The notes beneath the pieces were generated by a model. The model was not told the DNA's origin. It made no database searches and worked only from the letters and a program-made list of their open reading frames with translations. Of a stretch of DNA of 64,000 nucleotides, positions 25,640 through 36,534 are shown in pieces; position 1 is the stretch's first letter, and each line of letters begins with the position of its first letter. Source of the DNA: Lama glama (taxonomy: Eukaryota); contig CM052819.1 in NCBI GenBank assembly GCA_028534125.1, positions 2,542,001 to 2,606,000 on the forward strand, written 5' to 3'. The translations under genes were made by a program, and so were the position numbers.

Positions 25640-26250
25640 CTCATCAGGGCTCACTGCTGGCCACCAGCTCTCCTCAACCTACACTCCCCTTGGTAACCTC
25701 TACTCACCTGGATTTAGCCACCAGTCAGATGTTAATTATTCCCAAGCTTAGATTCCCCAGCCCTGACTCCCCTCTGGGGTTCAGACCTGCATGGCCAGTG
25801 ATTACAGCTGATGTGTCTATGGTGGACCCTCTCCCTTCAGCCGGAGCCACGGCGTCTCCCAAGCTCTCCGCTTGCTGTAAACCCCTGTCTCCACTCACCA
25901 CATCAGGCCAGATTGACCCCTCTCCCATTCCAGATGCCTAAGATCACTTGACTTTCAGGGCTCATCGTCTGCTGCTGGACACCACCCTTCCTTCAAGCTA
26001 CACCAGGTCCTCAGGAGCACAGAATCAAATCTACATGGAAGATCACATCCTGAATGCCCAGGCCACCTTGGTTAAGGCACTGCCCACAGACTGTCACCCA
26101 CATGCCCACAGCATTGCTCTCACAACTGCAGTTAGATCACAGCAAAGCCCTGATCTGACTCTGCGCATCTTAATGAAAACTGGCGCTCCTTCAAGACACT
26201 ACAGTTCCACAGCATACAATCCAACCTGTGCCCCGATGCCCAGTCGGATA
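25640..26250 (+). mobile_element. L2 fragment
   Basis: Pyrimidine-rich decayed L2 text (CTACACTCCCCTTGGTAACCTCTACTCAC, CCAGCCCTGACTCCCCTCTG). Confidence 0.5.
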
Positions 26251-27076
26251 CTAGATTAAACTGAAATATCCCCTCATCCACGTCTTTTTCATTTATGCTG
26301 CACTTAAGAACCACCCCACCCTCAACACTTAAAAGAGTAGTAACTGCTGGTTTGGGCACCAAAAATTAAATAAGATCATTTTCCACTGACCCCAGACTTC
26401 ACTTACCTGCTCTTATAATGAGTGAGAACAAATTGGACAGTTAACTATGTTTTCCCAACCTTCAACCAGGGATCATGATGTGAAAAAGATTTCTTTTTTA
26501 CTTTTTTAAATACCTGACTTCAATAAAAAAGTCTCAATGGAAAAATGATATCCTCTTTGGTTATGTATTTCAAGAATCATTTTTATTAAAAATAACAACA
26601 TGACACTGGGATAGTCTCAGAAAATCTAGGACATCCTGTCTGTAACTCTCCTTTCAAAATGAATTTCACGCTGCTAATGATGAATGCAAATATGTACTGT
26701 GTCCTGTCTTGTACACGTCTTGGTGTTTCAGAGAAGAAACATCAATTAGGAGAAAACCAGTTAGGGAGAAATGGGACATGGGCTGGACTTGGGAAAAATG
26801 AAGGCTATCTGTCATACAGAAAAGGAGCAGAGAAGGCTCCAGCTGACAGGTGAATAGAAATTGGAGTACCCACAGGCCATATCAGATGGCCCAGGTGAGG
26901 GGTCAGAGACAGTCTAGGGCCACTTTGTCTGAGTCTAATGAAGAAGGTGTCACAGTTAATTTTGTGTCAACCTGGCTAAACTATGGTGACTAGTTGTCAA
27001 CACCAGTCTAGATACTGCTGTAAAGAGCTGCAAAGATAGTTTTAGATGTGATTAACATCTACAACCCATTGACTTT

Positions 27077-27234
27077 ATTTTTAAAAAATATTTATTATTG
27101 TATTATTTAATTATTTTATTTCGGTAGGAGGGAGTAATTAGGTTTTATTTACTTTTAGAGGAGGTGCTGGGGACTGAACCCAGGACCTCGTGCACGCGAA
27201 GCACGCACTCTACCACTTGAGTGATACCCTCCCC
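27077..27234 (-). mobile_element. Vic-1-like SINE, long-tail form
   Basis: TSD CTACAACCCATTGACTTT (27059-27076) / CTACAATTCATTAACTTT (27235-27252). Confidence 0.9.
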
Positions 27235-27407
27235 CTACAATTCATTAACTTTAAGTAAAGCAGATTATCCTTTATGATGTAGGTGGGCCTTGCCATCCAC
27301 TAAAGCGAAGAGTGAGGTTTTCCAAAGAAGAAGGAATTCTGCTTCCAGACAACAACACAGACAATCTGCCTGAGTTTTCAATCTTCAGACTCAAGATTGC
27401 AACAGCA

Positions 27408-27546
27408 GGGGGAGGGTACAGCTCAGTGGTAGATGCCTAGTATGCATGAGGTCCTGGGTACAAGCCCCAGTACCTCCATTAAATAAATAGATGAATAAAC
27501 CTAATTACTTCCCCCCGCAAATTAATAAAATAAATAATAATAATAA
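27408..27546 (+). mobile_element. Vic-1-like SINE, long-tail form
   Basis: TSD AAGATTGCAAC (27393-27403 and 27547-27557). Confidence 0.9.
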
Positions 27547-28163
27547 AAGATTGCAACCTCTAGCCTCTAACCTGCCAAATGGTCCTGCAGATTTTGGACT
27601 GGCCAGCTCCCACAATCACATGAGCCAATTTCTTAAAATAAATCAACCCAAATCCTAATCTCTCGATATGCAGATATAAAGATACACAGATAGCTGGACA
27701 ATCGTCTCGGCTGTGGCTCTGGAGAGCTCTCACACAGGAGGAAAGCAGGTAAAGAGAGCAAGGGAAAGAAAGCTCAAGGCAGGGGGCAGGGTGACAGAGG
27801 TCTCCAAATTTAAACTGGACCGGATGTGAAATGGAGAGATGGCTAAGCGTTCCCCACAGGCAGGGAGAGAAATGTGCCCTGAACAGGAACAAGGCCACTC
27901 GGACTCAGCCTCATGTTGACTCAAGGTCCCAGGGGAGAGGCTGAAGCGAAGCAAGAAGGCTGACAGCTGCCACTGTTGCCCAGGTGGCAGAAATGTCCCC
28001 GCCATGTTTTCAGTTGACGGCATTAAATCTGTAATGGGTAGACTTAATTTGTTACGTTATAGGCAGTGTCTAACTTTAGGATGAACTAACTGGAATCCCT
28101 ATAACTAATGCGCTAATTTAATGCTGGGACTCAGACAACTACGGACTTTTTGAAAACACAGAG

Positions 28164-28365
28164 CTGTGCTATCCAGTATGGGAGCCGCCAGCCAAGGGTG
28201 ACTATTTCCACTAATTCAAATAAAATGAAATGAAAAACTCAATTCCTCAGTCACACCAGCCACATTTCAAGTGTTCAACAGCTACCGTGGCTGGTGACGC
28301 CAGCACCGGACAGCACAAACACAGTACATTTCCATCACCCCAGGAAGCTCTCCTGGACAGTGCTA
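28164..28365 (-). mobile_element. MER3 hAT-Charlie MITE
   Basis: TTCCTCAGTCACACCAGCCACATTTCAAGTGTTCAACAGC. Confidence 0.8.
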
Positions 28366-28964
28366 GTGTAATAAGCCAGATAAAACCGAGCAATACAAAC
28401 AGAGCTTTTGACAACTGGAGAGGCGTATAATGTAGGGTAAAAGCTAAGACTCACACACACGCAACCCAAATGGACCCTAAACCAAAGCCACCGTCCACTC
28501 TGACCCTCCCTCACAACTCATGAGCCACCATGACAGCTGCCATTTTAAAGACTTTGGGGAGGACCCACAACATACAAAGGGAACCTACAAACAGAGGCAC
28601 GTGCTGTGTAGCAAGAACAGGCACAGAAGTGCTCTTCTGTGTGGCACGGTTTCACGTGAGTCTTCACGATGAATGATTTATCACACACACACAACCCTGC
28701 AACCCTTCTCATCCTCTGCCACCTCGACTCTGGTACAGCTTTCTGAAAAAGGAGGTTCAAAAACAGCACGGGTTTTTAGCTCCAGTCTGAGCTGCCTTTA
28801 GTTCTGACGTATTAACACTGAGCTTCAGGAACTGAAAGTGTTACCAAGCACTGCCGGGTGTCTAGCTCTAATACGAGACCACACGGAGGGATCACGCAGA
28901 CTTCCTGGCATCGTGGTTTTCTCTTTTAATGACTGAGAGCTCTTAGAATCAGCCCTTGACGAGG

Positions 28965-29170
28965 AATCTGAGGCCTAAAGCTTGGGACTCAGCCCTGCCA
29001 CTCACTAGCTATGTTACTGGTCAACTCAGTTGATTTATCTGAGTCTCAGTTCCCTAATCTATAAAATGGGAATAATGATATCCATTCATTCCTTCCCTAA
29101 GTACTTACTCAATACCTACAATGTGCTGGGTACCAGGTGATGGGGAAGCAAACAGGCCATCCCTGACCTC
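28965..29170. mobile_element. MIR fragment (+) followed by an L2 3' end (-)
   Basis: TCTCAGTTCCCTAATCTATAAAATGGGAATAAT, then CATTCATTCC...TACTTACTCAATACCTACAATGTGC. Confidence 0.6.
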
Positions 29171-29929
29171 TTGGATTTAGTACGCATTGGTCTAACTCAA
29201 GGGGCAACCCAGAGACCCTCAAGAGTCGATGTGTTCCATCCTTCTCAAACTGCCTACGCTCAGCTTGAGGGACCACTGCTTGCCCTGAAGCCTCTGGCAG
29301 GGCTGCAGTTGGGGGCAAGAGGTCCTCCTTTATTCTCTCCTGCTATTAGGAGTGGTTTGGTGGGAAACGATGAAAGAACTTGGAAAACTGCAAACTCCCT
29401 TAAAAACAAAAGGAATAAATGGAGTCGAGGGTCAGGGAAGGAGGAGAAAACGACTCCGTCCTCCGGTGGCTCTGTTTGGGGCAGGCATTTCTGACAACAG
29501 GAGTTTTCTCGGCCGGCCTTATCTGTGTTCATGGACTTGGTTCTTCTACTTAGATTGTGCCTGTAACTTCACTCTTCACTGAAAATGGAGTTCTTGAGAA
29601 ATAAGTAGAACCAAGAGCGGGTGTGCTGTGAAGCTCCTGTCCCTCCAAGATCTTCAGCTAGTTTCTAATGCCCAACAGCAGATTCCAACTGGATGTCAGA
29701 AGTCTCAATCAAAGACACAGAAGGGAGGTGGACAAGGAAAGGCCTGTCTCTGAGGAATAACCCGATGGTGTCTCAGAGAGCAAGCGGCCAGTGGGAAGGG
29801 CCACAGCAGGACCTCAGGGACACCTGGAACCAGCACCCCCAGCACTGCCAGGAAACTTGCTCCAAGTTTTCTCCTTACTCTTCTTTATTTTTCAGCCTCT
29901 TTCTTCTCATACTAGTACTAGTTTTCTCC

Positions 29930-30115
29930 ATGTGGCAGAAAATATGGCCATTGCCAGTTTCTGAGTCTTTCTGCTCACAGCTTAGCCACTGGAGAAAGAA
30001 TGTCTAAAACTCCGGGCTACACACAAGTGACAGATCTCAGGGAAGGGCTCTGATTGGCTCAGCTGAGGTCAGGTGTCTGCTTCTGAGCCAATCAGCTCTG
30101 GTCAGCGTTAGGGTG
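29930..30115 (-). mobile_element. Old MLT1 (J/K/L-type) LTR fragment
   Basis: TCTGATTGGCTCAGCTGAGGTCAGGTG...GCCAATCAGC pattern typical of these LTRs. Confidence 0.5.
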
Positions 30116-31009
30116 GCTTTGCCTTTCCTTGTTCACTTCCCTTTTTCATCTTTGATTTAGATTTTTGACATCAGGTTGGGTCTTCTGGTGGGCTGGTTTT
30201 CATGGGGCGTTGGGAACTAGCTGAAGACCTTTGAGGGATGGGAGCTTCACCGCACACCTCCTCTTAGCTCTTACCTCCCTCGGGTCTGCTCAAGATCCCT
30301 TTTCTCAGCTTTACTGAGGTATACTTGAAGACTGTTTTTGAAGCATCCTTTCTGGAGTCAGTGTCCAGCCCCACCCACTGCCCTTCACCGAGCAGTCTGC
30401 CACAGCAGATGCACCGGATCAGGAGGGGCAGGACGGGCTGGGGCAGACTGACGGGATGTCACTTCTGGCAGATCTGCATGGATCCTGCAAATGCCCTGTC
30501 TCCCTCAACAGCTGCCCATCAGCAGAACTTAGCATGGATGTGCTCAGACCAGGATCCTGGAGCAAAAGCAAAGACCTTGGCATCATCCAGGCAGGAGCAC
30601 TGAGGGGCAAGAACCAGCAGCAGGACCTGCATCTCCCACCAAGGCTGCAAGGCCGCCCCCCACCCTCCCCGCCCCAGGCTTCCACTAACGCCTGTGCCCA
30701 CCCACAAAGGCAGTGGAGACATCAAGGCTCAAAACTTTATGTGAGGAAAGCCTTAAAAGCATTAAACTTTTGTCAGAGACCCATGGGTAAGTCAAAGGAT
30801 GGGCACCAGATTTCACGGTTGGTTGGTTTCATAGCAGCTGAAAACCACACAGGCAAAAAAACCCTAACCCACAGGTGGAATCTGCACACAGACACGGTTT
30901 GGGGGAAAGCATCCTGCACGAACAAGACTAGCAAAGGCAAAGAGGTAAGATGGTGTCCTAAGTTATGCAGAGGAGGACAAATGTTCTACACCCAAATCCA
31001 TCAAAACAG

Positions 31010-31255
31010 TAGCTTCTGCGTACTGAGCTCACCATGTGCCAAACTCTGTCTAAGAGCTTCACATGGATTAACTCATTTCATCCTTATGTAATGATAACAG
31101 TAGGTGTTCTCTTTTATCCCCAAGTTACAGATCAGAAAACTGAGACCCAGAGAGGTTGCACAGCCTGCCCGAGGGCACACAGCCAGCAAATGGTAGGTAG
31201 GATTTAAACCTCGGCAGTCTGGTTCCAGAGTCCATATTCCTACCTATTACACTGC
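31010..31255 (-). mobile_element. MIR SINE
   Basis: TTACAGATCAGAAAACTGAGACCCAGAGAGGTT; GGATTTAAACCTCGGCAGTCTGGTTCCAGAGTCC. Confidence 0.85.
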
Positions 31256-31319
31256 TCAGCGTGCATTCTCTGTAGTATGTCCTAAATTCTAAGCTATACT
31301 GTGAAACACTGGGGGTGAG

Positions 31320-31610
31320 TCTTAAAGAATGTTGAAATCTCCAGTCTGGACTTTTATTCTGCAGGCAATGACATGCCATAACAGTTTCTGGCAGCAGTGA
31401 CATAATCAGGCTTTTCCCGAGGAAAATGTAATCTTTCCACAGGATGTGGTATGGGGGGGGTGGGTAACTGAAGCAAGCAGTTAGGAGGCAGAGAGAGTGG
31501 TTGGGGGCCTGGGAGGCACCACAGGGCTCGTGGGAGAGGTCAGAAGAGCTCACCCTTGCCACGGGAAAGGATGGAGAGGTAGATGGGAGATTAAAAGTAG
31601 AGACAGCCAC
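31320..31610 (-). mobile_element. L2 fragment
   Basis: TGGACTTTTATTCTGCAGGCAATG...GCAGCAGTGACATAATCAG...CAGTTAGGAGGC. Confidence 0.6.
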
Positions 31611-31656
31611 CTGGGACTAAAGGGCAAGACCACGAGGCTCTGATGCATTAAACAAC

Positions 31657-31787
31657 CGGTAACCTATCGTCCAAACTTTTGAACAGTTTGACACTTTTGA
31701 AAGCAAAAGGTGAAACTATTAACAATTATGCTGTAACAACAGGAATAAGCTAGAACTGTCCAAGCAAACTGAGACATGGGGTCACCG
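31657..31787 (+). mobile_element. MER81/MER94-type hAT-Blackjack MITE
   Basis: GGTAACC...GGTCACC termini; ATCGTCCAAAC, GACACTTTTGA, AACTGTCCAAGCAAACTGAGAC. Confidence 0.65.
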
Positions 31788-32149
31788 AGTCACATACAAC
31801 CAGCAGAGAGGACCCAGAAAGCAGCCTTGAAAAAATACAAAACACACAGATGACAGCTCACTCTCACCCTTCCCTGCCCAGCATGTGACTCGCTTCTTTT
31901 ACCACCTTCCTGCTGTTACATCCTCGTCTTTCTCTAGTGGACCCCTCCCACAAGGTTAAATTCCTCTGATCCACTCAAGGTCACAACAAGAAGGCTCAAG
32001 GTCTTCCATCCAGACAACCAACCAGTGGACGCTCGGCTGCCCTGCAGTCCCTATGCCCACCTCTAGCTGGCACTCCCGTCCTCACCCCAGGGGACCGCCC
32101 CAGGCTGCCGCTTCCTCCACCTTCGTTATTTTACATGCAAAGTTCATTT

Positions 32150-32480
32150 CCATCAGGGCCCCAGCACTTGGGGCTCCCTGTCTGGGATGCTGTGCCCCTC
32201 CACCTCCCCCTGACTGCTTCCTCCTTGTCACCAGGGTCTCCTCTTCCCAGGAGGCCTTCCCTGAAATCCCAGTCTGAAAATGGTCACTCTCCAGCATACT
32301 TCTTTGTTTAATCCGCATCGTGTCACTTATTTCCACATTTTAAATTAACATATTGTCTGTCTTTCCCAGTTGAACAAGAGCTCCGTGAGAGCAGGAGCGT
32401 TGTCTATTTTGGCCCAGCATCTGGAACAGGTCTTGGTCCCCAGTAAATACTCAATAAATGTTTATGAAAGGAATGAACAG
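32150..32480 (+). mobile_element. L2 3' end
   Basis: AGCTCCGTGAGAGCAGG...ACTCAATAAATGTTTATGAAAGGAATGAA. Confidence 0.75.
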
Positions 32481-33888
32481 GCAAGAGATTAAATCTGCAG
32501 AATCTGAGGTTGCTTCTAAGTGGAAACGTCTATGAGTCTACAATTTCGGGAATTATCCATCTGGGGCCAATTATGTTTTACAAATACATTCATTTGAGAT
32601 TGTGAAAATGTGGACATCGTTTGCTCCGTGTATCATTGTAACAGTGAAGAAAACTGAGGCCTGGAGAAATTAAAGGGCTGCAGCTGGTGGTGGGGGCGGG
32701 GATGGGGGTATATCTCCAGAAAGCAGTATTAAAGTTACTTGCGGCCCCTGAGTTTCCAGTTCACCTTAACAAACCAGGTCATCTTCCCCTCAGGAGAAGG
32801 CAAATATGCACAGACCAGCAACTTGCTCCTATCAGCACTTCTCATCAAGGTAAAAAAAGGCCTCATGACTGGGCATTCCACTGGGCCTTCTTTCAGAAGC
32901 CTCTGCCTAAGACAAGACAGTGCATTTTGAAAAGGGAAGGGGGAAAAATAAAAGAAAATGGAAAAAGAATTAGCCAGAATCTAGAATCTTGAAACTGCTG
33001 AGGTCTGACAACCCTAATTTTATCTTCGGAAACACCAGTGACCCTGGAATTACAAGCTTGGGGCACAGAACCTTGAGGGCTCATTAAGACTCCTGGGAAT
33101 GTTCTGGAAAATCAGTTTGAGAGTCTTCGTGGAACTCAAATCTCAGCACCTCAGCGATGGAGGTGAAAGAACCTGAGTATAAAGTTTAACCGGGAGCAGA
33201 TGTTCCCCTTCACACCACGTTCCTTTAACATCCAGGATGTGTGACTTTTTTTCCCCCTTCGCTCCCTGATTTACATAGGCTTCCAAAGCACAAACGAAAG
33301 GCACTTTTACAAAATGTGGAGATGGTGTGGTTGGACGGATGCTGTCCTAGTTTTAACCCTTGGTTTAAAAAAAAAAAAAAACCAAAAACTTTTCTATCCC
33401 CATGACTCCAGACCAATGAAAATATAACACAGACTCAATGGCATTTGAAACCCCATAGTAAACAGAGCAGTTAAACTAAGTACTTGGGGATGGTTTTCAT
33501 TACAACGTGCTAAAGAAATGAATGTTTTACTGTTCTTTTTGTAAATACCCTGGAGAACCCTGGGATGGTTTTTCTAGAAGATGAAAATGATTTGAGAGTT
33601 TCAGATCTCATAAAGATATGTGATCTCTTTGAGTAACAAATACGGTGGGTTTTTTTTTTTTTTTCGGCCGGGGCAGGGCGGGGATTTTCCAGTTAGAACT
33701 GTTGAGATTAACACTTAATGATTATTTTCAATGCCCCAAAACCCCTTCTAGTCAATATTCAACTCCTTATTTCCACTTCTTGCCTTCATTTTTATTATTT
33801 CTGTATTCCATATTAGCCCTGAATGGTCTCAAAGTTCTCTCCTAGTAGAATGAACTGCAAATGAACATAGCATCTCTGAATTCACGTC

Positions 33889-34524
33889 TGTGGGAGGCTG
33901 TGTTTTCCAACGATATCCATCATCCCACAGGACCTGCTAGAACCTTGCCACTTCTCTGCCAACAGGAGCAGTCTATTTCCATCTCCTTGGACCAGTGTGG
34001 CCCTTGACCAACAAGCAAAGAGAAAAGGACACTATGTAACTTTTGCAGCCTGGTCATAAAATTTCCATTAAACCCCCACCTTGTTTTTTGTGACAACCAG
34101 CTATGTGCTTTTGTTTGTTTGTTTGTTTGTTTGTTTAATTTTTTTGGTGTGGAGGAGGTAGTTAGGTTTTTTCATTTATCTTTATTTTAATGGAGGTTGG
34201 AGGCACTGGGGATTGAACCCAGGACCTCATGCATGCTAAGCATGCGCTCTACTGTTGAGCTATACCCTCCCCACCCCAGCCATGTGTTTTGGGGATGCTC
34301 AAGCAGTCTGTGCAGACGCATGTAACCAGCAATGACTTGCCAGCAGTGCAACAGCATCATCTTGAAAGTGGACTCCCTCCCCACTGATGCATGGGAGCAG
34401 AGATGAGCTGCCTTGGCCAAGTCCTGCCTATGCCGCCCATCTGTGAACTGAATACATGGCTGTCGTTACTGTAAACCCCTGTGTTTGGGGGTGGTTTGCC
34501 ACACAGCAATAGACATCCTCAACA
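33889..34524 (+). mobile_element. MLT1G/H-type MaLR solo LTR interrupted by a SINE
   Basis: Ends TTTGGGGGTGGTTTGCCACACAGCAATAGAC...AACA. Confidence 0.7.
34108..34272 (-). mobile_element. Vic-1-like SINE, long-tail form with (TTTG)n and a short duplication at the tRNA 3' end
   Basis: TSD CCAGCTATGTG/CCAGCCATGTG; the head ends CCTCCAACCTCCA. Confidence 0.9.
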
Positions 34525-35482
34525 CACAGGAATCCTCACTAATTCACACCCATGAGAAGACACCAGCAGTTTTTTAAAGTAAAATCTGTCATCCTTTGTC
34601 AAGGATGCAGTCAGGAGTCTCAGACAGGCAGAAATGTCAACAAGGCTGACACAAATACTTTCAAGGACTGGGCCCCGAGGGACCTGCTTTAATGAAGAGG
34701 TAAGAGCAATTTGGAATTGGCAAGGATGCATCTGACCTGCTGGAAGGAGTGGGCGCCTGGGGGTAGCGCTGTCTCTGCCGCGTGCCTTACATAATTAATT
34801 GGCTGAGCAAACTTGCAGGCCAGCGGAGGCTCAGGTCTTGTTGATCACAAGTGACATGTGCAAGACCTGAATCAGTGAGGATGGTTCACTATTCAGGGGT
34901 GATGCGGAGTGATGCCCACATTCCCTGGCACTGCCAGACTCGAAAGAAGTCACAGAGACCCTGTGTCTGAGGCATAGGGAAAACTCCATCGGTGTCTTCT
35001 GGCGTCATGAAGAGACTTTTCCAGCGCCCCGTGGGGAGTGTCTCAGAACTCAGAGTGGCAACTGCATCTCTTGTTCAAAGTGGGAAGTCACTGAAAGAAA
35101 GTTCCTATGCCAACTGAACGACAAAGAGTTCTATCAAAAACTAACTTCATTTCTACCAGGAACATACTTCAATATTTTCTTTTAGAGTTTTCCCATCTCT
35201 TCGGGTCTATTTCTTCTGGTGTCTACTCGCAGTATTCCTCCACATCCCAATCTTTCTCTCTCTGGAGCAGCTTTCTTTACAAAAGCATCTTTGACTTCCT
35301 TGTGCTCTGTAACAGTCTTGTCACCCCAGTGGTAACATCATTTTGGGGTTCAAGGACTGGGAAGAGGCCCCAGAGAGACAAAGGGGGCTCCAGTCACAGG
35401 ATGTCTGGCTGCACCCTCATCCCTTACGTCATGAAGACATAAATGAGAAAACACAAAGAACATTCCTCTCCCAATGCATAAT

Positions 35483-35858
35483 TGTTTTAGCCCAACTAAC
35501 AGTGCTGAGTTATGACCTGACAAACTCCATCCCCCAAAATTCCTCAAGCCTACCAGTCTGCCTACCTCCTCCTAAAGGTAAACTGAAACTTCCTCCAACT
35601 GTGACGAAGTTAAGCCTTTAGATGAAGATCAACTAATGTCTGGAAACCTTCAACATGACCCCCTTCCTTAAAACGCGTCGATGGTCAGGCCCTTCCTTAT
35701 AAAAGACTCTAAGACTGCCCTCGGGGCACATGGACACCCCTCATCTGTCTGCCTGCTGGTGCCCATAGCAGCATATCTAATACACTTTTCCCTCATTTTT
35801 CTTTGTTTCTGGTAAATTCTTTACCACTGACCATACCGGCCTGCCTTGTCCCACAACA
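35483..35858 (+). mobile_element. Probable ERV solo LTR, family not identified
   Basis: TATAAAA near 35698, GGTAAATTCTTTACCAC U5-type motif, ends CAACA; 5' edge uncertain. Confidence 0.5.
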
Positions 35859-35904
35859 ATCCTTACTGTCCCTATCACTGCTGTGGCTAATGTCCCCACT
35901 TAAA

Positions 35905-36392
35905 GCAAACGTGGTGCGGGTGCACAATGCGACATTGTTCATCCACTAGAAAGAAGCAAATCCTGTCATTTGCAACAACGTGGATGGACCCAGAGGGCAT
36001 TACGCTCAGTGAAAGATGTCAGAGAAAGGCCAATACTACAGGTTACCACTTACAGGTGAACTCTGAAAAAGTTGAACTCACAGAAACAGAGCAGAATGGT
36101 GGTTAACAGAGGTTTGCGGGTGGGGAATGAGGAGCCCCTGGTCAAAGGGTGCACCCTTCCAGTTCTAAGATCATTACACCACGTGGACTGCAGTCAACAA
36201 CAGTGTCTGTGCTGTATCACTGAAATTTGCTAAGAGAGCAGATGTTAATACTCTCAGCACACACACAAAGAAATGGTAATTCTGATGTGGGAATCATTTC
36301 AGAATATACAGGTGTATCAAATCATCATGTCGTACACCTTAAGCTCACACAATGTTCTGTGTCAATTACATCTCGAAAAAGCTGGGGGAAAA
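35905..36392 (+). mobile_element. L1MA9/10-like 3' end
   Basis: AATCCTGTCATTTGCAACAACGTGGATGGAC...CTGAAATTTGCTAAGAGAG...AAAGCTGGGGGAAAA. Confidence 0.85.
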
Positions 36393-36420
36393 GAGCTCTG
36401 CTACCCCAACAATCACATCC

Positions 36421-36534
36421 TTTTCTTTTAATTCTTTTTTTGTTTGTTTTCTGTGGAAGGGGTAATTACATTTTTATTGATTTTTTTTTAACAAAGGCTA
36501 AGCACACCCTCTACACTAAGCTATGCCCTCCCCC
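36421..36534 (-). mobile_element. Vic-1-like SINE with an internal deletion of the tRNA 3' half
   Basis: A-box half and long tail present, B box absent; TSD CAATCACATCCTT/CAATTACACCCTT. Confidence 0.75.

Larger units (their letters stand above)
26948..27736 (+). mobile_element. MLT2C/D (ERVL) solo LTR interrupted by two SINEs
   Basis: GTTAATTTTGTGTCAAC start, CCCACAATCACATGAGCCAATTTCTTAAAATAAATC near the end; TSD GAAGG/GGAGG. Confidence 0.85.

Noticed and set aside
30456-31091. Long ORFs of 207-214 aa (also 45743-46366 and 61368-62012)
   Set aside because: No recognisable domain or exon structure; this one runs into a MIR; such lengths are expected by chance in GC-rich intron
34831-34870. 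TCAGGTCTTG...CAAGACCTGA 10-bp hairpin as a miRNA or snoRNA
   Set aside because: The stem is too short and does not extend, and no convincing snoRNA box arrangement is present
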